Shown: one piece after another, positions 11,811 to 23,854 of the stretch
Numbering within the stretch: position 1 is the stretch's first letter
Layout: each line of letters opens with the position of its first letter
Assembly: GCA_030390025.1 (NCBI GenBank)
Contig: CM059431.1
Coordinates: 145,144,001-145,208,000, forward strand
Direction of reading: 5' to 3'
DNA: 64,000 bases
Origin: Squalus acanthias
Taxonomy: Eukaryota
Notes under the pieces: generated by a model
The model's input: the letters and a program-made list of their open reading frames with translations, nothing else
What the model was told of the DNA's origin: nothing
The model's database searches: none
Made by a program: the position numbers and the translations under genes

Positions 11811-12486
11811 TCAGCACTGGTAAACTTGACTGGTACTCCATTTGACTGAATCTAAAAGTGACCAAATGTACCGACAAGCTTTGAGGGCAACAGACTGTTG
11901 GCTAAAAACATTTGCAAAACGTATAACGTGCTGGAAATTTTCCTTCAGAAAATAAGATCTTGAAAATTCTGTGAGAACCTCAACAACCCTGCAGATATGA
12001 AAAACAAGGACTGTCTCCAGTCCTTGGAGTGTGGCCTTTGAGAGCTGAGCTTCAAAACAGAGAGAGAGAGAGGGAGGAAAACAACATTCCCCACAGTTTG
12101 GGACATGAATGCTGGGGGCCAGTTGCCCAGTTTTGGGTTATAACTGTTATTGGACACTGAGATTCGGGGCTGTAGTCGATGGTGGACTGGTCAGGTGCCA
12201 GTTACAGTTAGTCATACGTCTGTCATCGTTGAATTGACCTCTCATCTGGTGAATAGTCTGTATCTGGTTTTACTTATAATCACCTGAGCTTAAAGTCAAT
12301 GCTTTTAGATGCTTGCTTGTGATAAATTCATGAATTGAGTAGAGATTGTATTCTGGGAATTACTTGTAACATCTTGTTGATTTTTAAGTCAAAGAAGTTT
12401 CACAGATTTTTTGGGGGTTTTGTGTTGTCTGTTCCCCGAGTCTGAACTCTATAAACTCTCAGACAATCAGAACGTCTTACAGATTC

Positions 12487-12504
12487 TGGCGCCCGAACAG
12501 AGAC
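12487..12504 (+). promoter_or_regulatory. Primer-binding site complementary to tRNA-Lys 3' end
   Basis: TGGCGCCCGAACAGAGAC, one mismatch to canonical TGGCGCCCGAACAGGGAC, 5 nt after a ...CTTACA LTR end at 12481. Confidence 0.88.
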
Positions 12505-12520
12505 TCGTTCGGAACAAACA

Positions 12521-14209
12521 ATGGCAAAAACAATGGATGAGTTAGTCAGGAAATATGTGAGAGTGAGGTTACCTCTCAGGGAGGGGTGGGTACGGGTCAT
12601 TATTGATGGTGCTGACACAGTGGCTGAGGCTGAACAGCGGACCCAAGGGTCCACCTGCCGGCCAGGGATGGTAAAGGCCGTCTGGTTAATGGCAGACCAG
12701 AGGCAGTTTAAGAATGATGTGTGTAAAATGGCTCAGATGCATAAGGAGATGGAAGAGATGGCAAAGGATGTCAGTGATAAGGAAGCGGTTGTACACCGGC
12801 TTCGACAGGAATTAGAGGATGAGAGAGAAAGTAAGAAAAGGCTGAGGGGACAGTTTGAAAAGGTAAAGGTGAGGAGGTGTAATAAAGAACAGTACCTTGA
12901 GAGCCAGTGTATAAATAATCAGAATCAGTGTGATGTTTTGTCAGAGGCGGGCAACCAGAGAGATCGGGCAGATCGAGCAGAGAAAGCTAATGAGGATCTG
13001 AAGGCTGCATTCAGGCTCATTCAGAGACAGGCTCTGGAGGACCAGAGTGCTGCCGGGGATCACGCTGAATGGAAGGAATTGATTAGGGAGCTGGGGGAAA
13101 AGTTGAAGGTCCAGAGGGTATTGTGTGGGCCAGGACTCCTGTGGTTGGAGGAGATCTGCAGGATAACAAAGGGGTTGAGAAAAATCACACGGATGGGGGC
13201 TCACAACCCGGAAATAGCCCATCGAAGGGAGTCAGACCCCCAGCTATGGCCCCGATGTGTCACAAACGGTGCCAGGCACCGGCCGTGGGGGCGGGTGAAG
13301 GAGCATTGGGGGCGCTAGAGAGGGACTTTGTGGTCCCGTATAATACTGAGGAGTTAAGGAAAATGTCCAGTGATTTGAACAAGTTGTCAATGGGAGGGAC
13401 CCCCAAGGGCATTATCTGGAGGGAGAACAGAGGGCCGCTTTAAATGACCTGGTTGAGGAGGAAAAGAAGCGCTTGCTGCTATTTACCCTGAGCTCCAGTG
13501 TCTTTGCTGGACTTCCACCAGAGTATAAGAGGGGAGAGGGCACTGACTATGCGCTAATGTTGAGGGTTGCCAAGGTGTTGGGACAGGGTAAAGTGGATCC
13601 TTTTAAGGCCGTTGCGGACGTGGATCAAGGCTCAAACGAACACCCAGCTTTTGCTGACAGGTTATGGCCGACCTATAATGCAGCCGTGGGAGGGGCGGTA
13701 AGGAGAGCAGACCTCGACGGAGAAGCGCGGAACCATTGGTTGCGGACAATGATCTCCCACAGTCTGCCCTATTTACAAGCCGCAATGGCGGCCTTTGACA
13801 CAGAAGATACCACCAATACTGAGGTCAGGGTGCTGCGGGAAATGTCCCTGCGTTTCGAGGCGAGCCAGGTAGATAAAAAGACCTCCGAGAAAATAAACAA
13901 GTCAAAAGGCAAGGTCTGTGAAATGAAGGGGGGGGGGGGGGTGGCGGATCCCGGAAGTGGCAACAAGAGGGGAGTCAGGGAAATAAGTGCTCTGCCTGTG
14001 GGGTCGTGGGACATTATGCCCGGAATTGTAAAAGACTACCTAAGACAGAAATGGTTGAGGCTGCCCCACGAGAGGCAGAATCTCAGCCCAGCGCCCCCAG
14101 TTATGAGGATTTCATTAGATACGTAGCTAAGCAGATGAAGGAGCTTGAACCATCTCCAGGAAAGGTCCACGTGGCCCATGGGGAGGATCGCGGGGAGACC
14201 CGAGCATGA
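12521..14209 (+). pseudogene. gag of the retrovirus-like element (frameshifted)
   Basis: ORF pieces 12521-13318 (coiled-coil-like, E/K/Q-rich), 13473-14126 and 14006-14209 (CCHC frame ending ETRA-TGA). Confidence 0.8.
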
Positions 14210-17200
14210 CGGGGCCGCGCCCAGCCCGAGTACCTGTGTCCACTCAGGTACAGTGATTGGGGAAGGCCGTGTGTAGACATCCTGATTGAGGGCGAGAGAG
14301 GGCACTATCTGGTAGACACTGGAGCGTCAAGCATGGTAGATCCACTCTCCCTCCCCGATGTCCTCTCCCTGGTCAGGTGGAGCCCCCTATGTTTTAGGAG
14401 GTTTCACGGGTAACTCAGCGGCTGGGGCGATCTCAGAACTTTAATCTTCACAGTCAGACCCCTACAAACAAAGTGGAGATGTTTACTAATGAAATGGGAT
14501 CAGCCAGGAATGGGAATGCTGGCTCTGACTGGATGTTGGCTCACAATGTGACAGTGGATATGGACAATAACTGTTTATGGGGCAGAGTGGACTGTGTTGA
14601 AGAAGTAATCGTTGTACCCCCGAGACATGGAGAAGCGTGGGTGGTAACTCCTGTGGGACCCGATGACTGAGAAACACTAACGGCCAGGGTGCCCGAGAGG
14701 TATCAAACCGCAGTGCAGAATGTCAAGGGAGCTTGTGCTACCCACAGACATGATTGTGGAAGGGTGACAGGAGTAGAGGTGGGTGTGGGGTGTGAGCCAA
14801 TGTACCGGCCCCAGAAACACTGCACGTTCCCCAAGGGAGCAGAGAGAGAGAGACTGAGAAACAGCTGTACCGTCCTTAGTAGAACACGTGTTCCTGAGAC
14901 CTATTGTGACGCAGGTTAACTCTCCTGTAGGCCAGTAATGAACCCAGACAATTCCTGGCGGATGACTGTAGATTACAGAGTCTTGAATACAATCATCCCT
15001 GCTTGTGCTCCCACAGGAGCAGCTGTGATTGATTTAATCTGCAACATGCCCAGCTCTGCCCCTGTGTTCCCAGTACTGGACATATCTAATGGATTCTGGT
15101 CAACTCCCTCACACCCGGAGGACCAGTATAAGTTTGCTTTTACTTTAAAGTTCAGCAGTATGCGTGGAGGTGTTTGCCACAGGGGTTCCACAATAGCCCG
15201 TCTATTGTCCACCAGTGTATGGCTAACAGCCTATCAGCATTCAGTCAGCCAGGCCAGCTTGTGCAGGATGTCGGTGATTTACTGCTGTTCTCAGATAGCG
15301 AAGATGAACATGAGGAACTACTGCAGGAATTGTTAGAATCGCTTGCAGCCGTAGGTTTTAAGGTAAACCACAAGAAGGCACAGATAGGGCAAAGAGAGGT
15401 TCAGTTTCTTGGACAGACTATTCTAGCAGGGGAGCGCGCGATAGACGAAGCAAAGCACAAAACTGTCCAGGAATTGCCCCGCCCGGGTTCAATAGCTGCT
15501 CTCAGATCACTCCTGGGTCTGACAGGGTACTGTAGAGAATTTATTGAGAATTAGGCAGCGACGGCAGCTCCTTTGCTGAGATTACTCAGAAAGGGAGTGG
15601 AATGGGATTGGGATGATTGCTGTGAGGAAGGTTTTGTAAAGTTGAAAAAGGACCTACAAACAGCCCCAGCATTGGGGGCCGGAGACCCTAAGAAGGACTT
15701 CTTTTTGGAAGTAGCGGCAACAGACGCCAGTCTGAGTGCTGTTTTAATGCAGGAAGTGAACGGGAGTCTGAGAACAGTTGCTTATGTCTCCAAAAAACTA
15801 TTTGAGCTGGAGAATGGATACTGTACCTGTGAGCGGCACTTGCTGGCCACATTCTGGGCCGTGGAGCATTTTGCCGTATTTCCGGGGACCCAAGCCATCA
15901 CTCTCCTCACCCACCACACGCCAACCCGCCTCCTGTTAGAAGGCCGAATTAAGCAGGGGACAGTGTCAAGCACTCGGGTAGCTACATGGACCCCACAGTT
16001 AGAAGGGATGAACCTGAAAGTGAAACCGATAAACGATCTGAAATTAGCACCCAGCCTGATATATTTGGGGGACCCCACACTTGTACAGTCGACGGGGTGT
16101 GGGAAACAGAAGGCGAATTCAAACCTGGTATTCACCCTGAAGGGAGAGACATATATGTGGATGGGTCTAGTTTTGTGGAAATGGGGGAACGTAAAACAGG
16201 ATGTGGAATTTATGACCCACAGAAAGGAACGGAAGTGACGATCAAGTTACCCACCACTCTCAGTGCTCAGCAGGTAGAGTTAGCAGCTGTAACTTATGTG
16301 GTAACACATCCCACCGATTTCCCCCCGCCCTATACGATCTGCTCTGACTCTATGTTTACATGTAATTCTTGCACAGAATATTTGGCGATTTGGGCTAGAA
16401 GAGGTTTTACATCAGCTGATGGCAAGCCACTGGTTACCACGACAATGCTGGCAACCATAGCGGAAGTGATAAGAAGGAGAGGCGAGGAATAGTATATCCA
16501 TAAGGTCAAAGCCCACTCTAAAGCAGTACCCAGATGGGAGGGAAATAGGAAAGCAGACGAGCTTGCTAAGGTGGGAGCGGAGAGAGGGGTCCCGTGGGAC
16601 CCGTATCAATCGGGAGTGGTAGCAGCCATCACTCCGGCTGTTACTATTCCGTTTCCCCCGGATATCAAAACAATACAGCTGACAGATGTAGTGCTAAAAG
16701 CTGTCCTCAAGGAAAGAGAAACAGTTCAGATTGTAGAAGGGCCTTATGGGGCCAAAGTTGTAAACATCAGGTAAGGTATGTTGTTCAAAGGAGAGAAGTG
16801 GATTGTGCCCGAGGGATACAGGGAGGAATTCATGCAGCTCGCTCACAGGGGGACCGGGGGCTGTACACTCCGGACCCCAAACAACCTGGAAGCGGGTCGA
16901 TGAGGTAGGGTGGTGGCCTCATCTGAGGAAAGACATAGAAGATCAGTGTCGAACCTGTTTAGTGTGTGCTGTTAACAATCGTGACCAACATAAAAGAAAG
17001 GCTCCCCTCGGACACCCCCGTCGACCAGAGGGACCGTGGCAGTGTGTCCAGATAGATTTTATCAGACTCCTGCCCACCACTAAGAAGGACAATAAATATT
17101 GTCTAGTCCTAGTGGACAATTTTACCAAGTGGGTCGAACCTTTCCCGTGCAAGTCGGCCACGGCATTGTGGACGGCCAAGACCCTAGTTAGGGAGGTATT

Positions 17201-18833
17201 TTCTAGATGGGAGCTCCCTCGATTGGTAGAGTCAGACTAAGGGAGTCATTTTACAGGTCAAGTGATGCAAGCCACCCTGAAATTGTTTGGAATTGAAGGG
17301 AAATGACACGAAACCCACAACCCGCAGTCATCAGGGATTGTGGAAAGAATGAACCGCACGTTTAAGTTGGCCCTGCGAAAGGAATTAAACAAACAGCGCA
17401 CTAAGTGGGATGAGGTACTTCCCCTAATCATAATGGGGATACTTAGTAACACATCCAAAGGAGCGGGTCACTCCCCTCATGAGTTGGTAACAGGGAGACC
17501 CATGCGAAACCCACACACCTGTTGACCCCCACTCTTACTGATAAACAAATGAAAGAAGTCACTCGGGACAAATTCCTGAGCGACCTGTGGGGAACTTTGA
17601 AAGAAATGAACTTGAGAGCCGCCCACAACATTGGGAAGACACAGCAATGCAATAGAGTACACCTGACTCCGAGTAAACCCCAGGAGTGGGAAGTAGAGAG
17701 CCAGGTAATGGTACAAAACTATGCAAGGGTGGGAGTTTTCGAACCCCTCTACAAGGGACCTTATAACACTGGCCCAGAAATGCGCGTGTCCGGCTTGCCG
17801 CGGGGGTAAGAATCATGCGCGCTCTTACCTACCGCGCCTGCCGTTGTGTTTTGGGCCCACGGGAACTTCGGGTCCTGGGCCTCTCCCAACTGCCGGCGCG
17901 CAGTGCTTGCGTGTTCAAGGGGCGTAGTTAGTGCGATGCGACCCCTGGGATCACGTGGGCCATGGATAGCCAATGGCAGCAGACCATCTTTCATTCATAG
18001 ATTTGACAGGAGACCTGTCAAATCTGTGAATTGAAATCGGCCCCAAAAGAACAGCTAAACTTAAAATAAATTTTAAAAAAACCATCACATTTATAAAATA
18101 ACTATAGTTAAATAAATTGACCACTTTAAACAAAAATTGAAATTTTTGAAAAAATTTAAATACTTTTTAAAAGTTAGAAAAATAAACTTACCTTTCTTTA
18201 AAGTATCTAAAAAAGATAAACCAGTTGAAAAATGTTTTAAATTATACTTAATTAACCACTTACCTTCTTCAAAAGGGGTCTTACGCCTCCTTTTTAATAG
18301 CGTAGTATCTCCAATACTTACCCTCGCATAGAAACCTGAAAAAAATTCTAAGTTTGCTGCGTGCGCGCAGCCTCTAGCGTGCACGCGGTTCACCTAGGAA
18401 CCGCCCCCTTCACCATACCGGAAGTTCCCGTTTTCCGCGCATGCGCAGTGCATGGAGGAAACCGGCACTTCGGGAAGCAATACGGCTGAGTACACACTGT
18501 GTACTCACGCGGGAAGGGCCGAATTGTTGGGCCATTGTTGACAAAGCTTGTCCTATGGTATACGCGGTTCAGTTACCTCAGAAAATCAAATGGTTTCACA
18601 TTAACCAGATAAAGCTTTTTCAGCCCAGAAGCAGGTCAAGAAGACAGCAAGCCGCTATCATGAGCATGGTGAGACTGACTCAGCCGCTCCAATGGGATGA
18701 TGGAGAAGGGGTGCCTAATGCGGCGCCCCCACCTGAGGCACCTCCGTGTGACGAGCTGCCTCCCCAGGTACAAGATGGTGATTACAATCTGAGGCAACGA
18801 CCTGGGAAACGGCCAAGGCGGTCCAGTGAATAG
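14210..18833 (+). pseudogene. pol (PR-RT-RH tether-RNase H-IN) of the retrovirus-like element; multiple stops and frameshifts, MITE insertion
   Basis: Motifs in order across ORF fragments 14938-15336, 15174-15554, 15573-16238, 15986-16492, 16803-17240, 17340-17525, 17522-17809, 18441-18833; the YVDD site has decayed to DVGD. Confidence 0.88.
17771..18533 (+). mobile_element. Non-autonomous TIR element (PIF/Harbinger-type MITE) inserted in the integrase GPY/F motif
   Basis: Termini GGCCCAGAAAT...ATTGTTGGGCC, flanks ACT/ATT; related inverted copy at 43022-43732. Confidence 0.85.
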
Positions 18834-20244
18834 TCATTGCAGAGCCTAAAAGGCCAATGGTGAGAAGAAGGGAAGCGGGACTGGGAGTTACTCTCCGATT
18901 TGTTCCCCTCTTCCACAGGCCAGAACAAGGCAGAGAAATGGCGAGGATATATTGATTGCTGTGTGATATAGCGCTCCATCTCGAAAGGGCAGCAGGAACT
19001 CATGGGGAAGCATGCAGCGATTCAAGTTACGACAGTCAGATTACCATTGCCCCGTAACTGTGCCCCAAGGTATCGCTCGGGAGGTGACCCTGTGATCTAT
19101 CAAGTGTACGTGCGACACAAGTTGTTCAGGAATAGTCCGGATAACCACACACACGGTCCAAGAAGGGAGAGGAATATGTATAAAGTGTAAGAGTGGGACT
19201 GTGAATCAGCCGCGTGTATGGTTCATTCAGGCAAAGGTGGGTGACAATACTAGTTACCGCCAGATAGGAGATCCTTGGGGATATAATGGGAGCCCAACTC
19301 AATGGGAAGACCATGGGGAAACCATGTTGTGTTGGCCACGGTGGTGGCAGGAGCCTGACGGTATATATGGATGTGTAAACTCTCGGCCAGGCCAACTGAA
19401 GTATTGGGTCAATTTTGGGTCCGAATTCTCGGTTTGCAGTCTTTCTCCTGGGTTTGTGTTCGGTGCAGAAAATGACCCCCCTTATCAATGAATGCTGGGT
19501 GAAAAGGAGGGAGGGCTGGGCCAAGAAATGTGTGTTACTGATCATGTATCGCAATGTGGAAACGGAACCACAGCTGCCAGAGAATTCTAAGTGAGAGCCC
19601 GCCCTAAACTCCACCCCCACACCCCTCACCCCCCACACCCCGCAAATCAAACACAATCGCGGGAAGAACAAGAAGAAACTCGGGTTGTCTCCCAAACACA
19701 CTCCGGGGCCGACACATGGGTTAGTGGGAGTCCAAACTCGGATATTGGAGCATGATGTGCATCACCAGGTGGTGCCTGTGATATTAAACTGACCGAGGTG
19801 GGAATACCGGACTGGTGCAAACCAGAACCAGCGCGGTTATATGGGAGAATGGTGCGGGAATTAATACAAGGATTTTGAGAAAGAGTCAGCACAACTTTGG
19901 CGGAATCAGGCTGGCCCAGTGAGGGTTTAATACAGCAACAGCAGGTAATAAGACAGCAGACCACATCTCACACAAACACCTGCTTTTGCCCTCTCTCTCT
20001 CACACATACACACACTCACAGCCTGGCTAGCCTGCAGAGGGATGACTGCCGGGTTGGAAGATTAAAACCAAAAAGACACTTTTTAGTATCTTACCTTTTA
20101 AATTGTGGCGTACAGAAACAGGCTTGATATTCTGCAACTTGCCTTTTGATTTCATGTCTCTCTCGCTCTCACTGACTGTCTGTCTGTCTGCCACTCACAA
20201 AATCTCCATCCCACCCACATTGAACTAAAATTTACAGTAACATG

Positions 20245-20910
20245 ACACACACACTCACACAGACTCTGCAATTTGCAGAAACACAGACACCCACTCACAT
20301 ACAGACACACTGACACAGACACTGCAATTTGCAGAAACACAGACACCCACTCACATACAGACACACTGACACAGAGTCTGCAATTTGCAGAAACACAGAC
20401 ACCCACGCACATACAGACTCACTCACACAGACTCTGCAATTTGCAGAAACACAGACACCCACTCACATACAGACTCACTCTCACAGACTCTGCAATAAGC
20501 AGAAACACAGTCACCCACTCACTTATAGACACACTCACATAGACTCTGCCTTATGCAGAAACACAGCACCCACTCACTTACAGACACACTCTCACAGACT
20601 GTGCAATTTTCAGAAACACAGACACTCACTGAATTACAGGCACACTCACACAGACTCTGCAATTTGCAGAAACACAGACAACCACTCACATACAGACACA
20701 CTCACACAGACTCTGCAATTTGCAGAAACACAGACACCCACGCACATACAGACACACTCACACAGACTCTGCAATTTGCAGAAACACAGACACCCACGCA
20801 CATACAGACACACCAACACAGACTCTGCAATTTGCAGAAACACAGACACCCACGCACATAGATACACACTCGGACAGACTCTGCAATTTGCAGAAACTCA
20901 CACACACTCA
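20245..20910. repeat. Minisatellite, 56-bp unit (CAGACTCTGCAATTTGCAGAAACACAGACACCCACTCACATACAGACACACTCACA), ~12 copies
   Basis: Direct tandem periodicity. Confidence 0.95.
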
Positions 20911-21842
20911 CCAATTTTAAAGAGGTGCAGCCTGGGAGTGTCAATTTTTGATGAGGTCCCTTCCTGGCTGTGCGGCCACGTTTGATGAGGACAATCCAGC
21001 AGGAAGAAGTGAAGACGAGCCCCCAGAAATCCGGGTCCCCGAGAGGAAATGAAAGCCCGGAGAGTGAAAAGAAGGAAATACAATCAGGGATAAATAATAA
21101 TATTTCTATTTTACTTTTGTTAATTAAATGTCTCACTGTCTGTGATTCATGTGGAATGGAATAAAATGAATGGAATGATCCCGCAGCAGCTTTTGCTCTG
21201 AAAACACTCCAAGCACATTCCCCAATAAAGCCCAGTCCCGAAAAACATCAAATGGATTATTCTGAAAATATTTTTTTAAATATATAATATATATACTTTG
21301 TTTTTACAAAAGTCTTGACTTGGTTTGGTTGTTGGGCTTAATGGTAGAGTAAGATCCCAGCGCAAGATATGCTCTGAAACACCCCACAAACAAATTTCGA
21401 TAAAGTCCAGTTCAGAAAAAATCAATTGGCTTGATGTATATATGTAACTTTGTTTTTTTACAAAAGTCTTGAAAGAAAGGCAAAGTAAGATCTCACAGCA
21501 TTGTAGTCTGGAATTAAATCAGTATGATCTAATGGCATATACTATCTGTTTTTTTCAAACATGAGAACAATTCCAATGCACACAGCAGGTAACTTGAACT
21601 CAGTCAAGCCCTGCATAAAGATCAGCTTTTGCTGTCTGTCTCTCTCTCTCTCACACACACACACGCTCACACACACACACAGACCACCCTGCAAAATTGA
21701 CACACAACACTATCAGCAATGAAAGAAAGTTGATTTCTCTCATTGCTCTGCTGTGTTTGGCAGTTTAAAAGCAAAAAAAACACTTTTCAGTATCTTATCT
21801 TTTCATTTTGCGGCCTACAGATACAGGCTTTCTATTCTGCAT

Positions 21843-21974
21843 CAAAAGCGAAATACTGCTGATGCTGGAAATGGGAATAAAAACAGAAAATGCTGGAAAT
21901 ACTCAGCAGGACAGGCAGCATCTGTGGAGATGTTGCCTGACCTGCTGAGTATTTCCAGCATTTTCTGTTTTGAA
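21843..21974. mobile_element. Palindromic Penelope-terminus-derived insertion with 13-bp TSD
   Basis: aaaacagaaaatgctggaaatactcagcagg...cctgctgagtatttccagcattttctgtttt; TTCTATTCTGCAT at 21830-21842 and 21975-21987. Confidence 0.8.
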
Positions 21975-22094
21975 TTCTATTCTGCATGCTGTCTTGATTT
22001 CTCGTGTCTCTCTCAATGCCTCCCTGCCTTGTCTTGATTTGAGTGGAGGGGAATTAGAAGAATGCAAAGATCCCACAGCAGCTTTTACTGTCAG

Positions 22095-22292
22095 ACCTCC
22101 TCCAGAGGGGACCGATCGAGGACTCATCCAGCGGGGACCGACCGAGACATTGTCGAGAGGTGACTGACCGAGGCCTCATCCAGAAGGGTCCGACCGAGGC
22201 GTCGTCCACAGGGGAACGTCAAAGGCCTCGTCCACAGGGGACCGACTGAGGCCTCGTCCAGAGGAGACTGACCGAGGCCTCCCCCAGAGGGG
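22095..22292. repeat. Minisatellite, ~26-bp GC-rich unit (CCAGAGGGGACCGACCGAGGCCTCGT), ~7 copies
   Basis: Direct tandem periodicity. Confidence 0.85.
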
Positions 22293-22427
22293 GAGAAGGT
22301 GATATGTACTTCAGAGAAACATTTATTTAATACTTTAAAAACAATGAAGCCAGTTATTGAAAATGTCGAGGAGACTAGGCATGAGCTGAAGTAGGCGGTG
22401 GAGTTTTATTAACGCAACACAGGGACA

Positions 22428-22735
22428 AAAACAATAACTTGCATTTATATAGCGGCTTTAATGTAATGAAACGACACAAGGAAATTAGCAGACAAAATTT
22501 CACACTGAGCCACAAAAAGAGATTTTAGGAGAGATGGCCCAAAGCTCGGTGAAACTGGGGGTTTTTTAAAAAGCGTTTAAAGCAGGAGGAGAGAGAGAGG
22601 TAGAGCTGTGAAGAGGTTTAGGGAGGGAATTCTGGAGTTTAGGGCTTTGGCAGCTGAAGTCATGGCGCCAATGTGGAGCAACGAAAATTGAGGATGTGCA
22701 ACAGGTCAAAGGAGTGGAGAGATCGAGGAGTGTTG
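22428..22735 (-). mobile_element. L2-type LINE 3' end fragment
   Basis: aacttgcatttatatagcggcttt is the reverse complement of the L2/SINE-type tail also seen at 55860-56070. Confidence 0.6.
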
Positions 22736-22737
22736 TA

Positions 22738-23552
22738 TGTACACTTGTTACAGTGTGCGACTCCTCACTGGGGGAGACACACACTGTACACAGGGACACT
22801 TGTTACAGTGTGCGACTCCTCACTGGGAGAGAGACACACTGTACACAGTGACACTTGTTACAGAGTCTGACTTCTCACTGGGATAGACACACTCTTTACA
22901 AAGGGACACTTGTTACAGAGTCAGTCTCCTCACTGGGAGAGTCACACACTGTACACAGGGGCACTTGTTACAGAGTCCGACTCCTCACTGGGAGAGTCAC
23001 ACACTGTGCACAGTGACACTTGTTAAAGAGTCAGACTCCTCACTGGGAGAGACACAAACTCTACACAGGGACACTTGTTGCAGAATCTGACTCCTCACTG
23101 GGAGAGACACACACTGTACACAGGGACACTTGTTACAGAGTCCGACTTCTCACTGGGAGAGTCACACACTGTACACAGGGACACTTGTTGCAGAGTCTGA
23201 ATCCTCACTGGGAGAGACACACACTATACACAGGGACACTTGTTACAGAGTCAGACTCCTCACTGGGAGAGTCACACACTCTACACAGGGGCAGTTGTTA
23301 CAGAGTCTGACTCCTCACTGGGAGAGAAAGACACTGTACACAGGGACACTTGTTACAGAGTCTGACTCCTCACTGGGAGAGACACACACTGTACACAGGG
23401 ACACTTGTTACAGAATCAGACTCCTCACTGGGAGAGACACACATTGTACACAGGGACACGTTTTACAGAGTCCGACTCCACACTGGGAGAGACACACACT
23501 GTACACAGGGACATTTGTTACAGAGTCCGACTTCCTCACTGGGAGAGACACC
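22738..23552. repeat. Minisatellite, 55-bp unit (CACTGGGAGAGACACACACTGTACACAGGGACACTTGTTACAGAGTCTGACTCCT), ~15 copies
   Basis: Direct tandem periodicity. Confidence 0.95.
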
Positions 23553-23854
23553 CAGGAATACTGAGTGTAATTGTCAGTGTCCCACTGCAGCCCCGACTGA
23601 GCCCCACCCTGGGCCCTTCCTGTCTGTGCATTTCCCCAGTTACCCATTGGGGAACATGCAGCCCCGGATATCCTGCAAAAGCAGTGCTGTGGTGCCGGGC
23701 GGCTGAGTCTCGTGACCCGGTGGCTGGGCCTATGACCTCACAATCGGAGATGACGCGCTCAGCTCGAGCTGGAAACCCTTAAATTAAATTAAAATCAAAT
23801 CCTTGGCCAAAAATGATCAAATAATGAGAGCAGTGACGTCATCAATTGAAATGT

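Larger units (their letters stand above)
11815..19965 (+). mobile_element. Decayed retrovirus-like LTR element (lokiretrovirus-like): LTR, PBS-Lys, gag, pro, RT, two RNase H domains, integrase, 3' ORF remnant; no 3' LTR seen
   Basis: PBS TGGCGCCCGAACAGAGAC; CCHC CSACGVVGHYARNC; LVDTGAS; WRMTVDYRVLN, LDISNGFWS, PQGFHNSP; tether RH VAYVSKKL..CERHLLA; RH YVDGSS..SAQQVEL..SDS..KVKAH..GNRKAD; IN HHCC, QIDFI, PQSSGIVERMN, GPY. LTR 5' boundary uncertain. Confidence 0.88.

Noticed and set aside
11815..12481. Search for a matching 3' LTR of the retrovirus-like element after 19965
   Set aside because: No second copy seen in the window, so LTR length and age cannot be determined
20152..21136. Multiple ORFs up to 218 aa rich in H/T/Q/C
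   Set aside because: Translations of the 56-bp minisatellite in several frames and both strands; no splice or domain evidence
22738..23782. ORFs with HWERHTLYTG repeats; superficially CRISPR-like periodicity
   Set aside because: Contiguous 55-bp tandem units without unique spacers, in eukaryotic context with no cas genes
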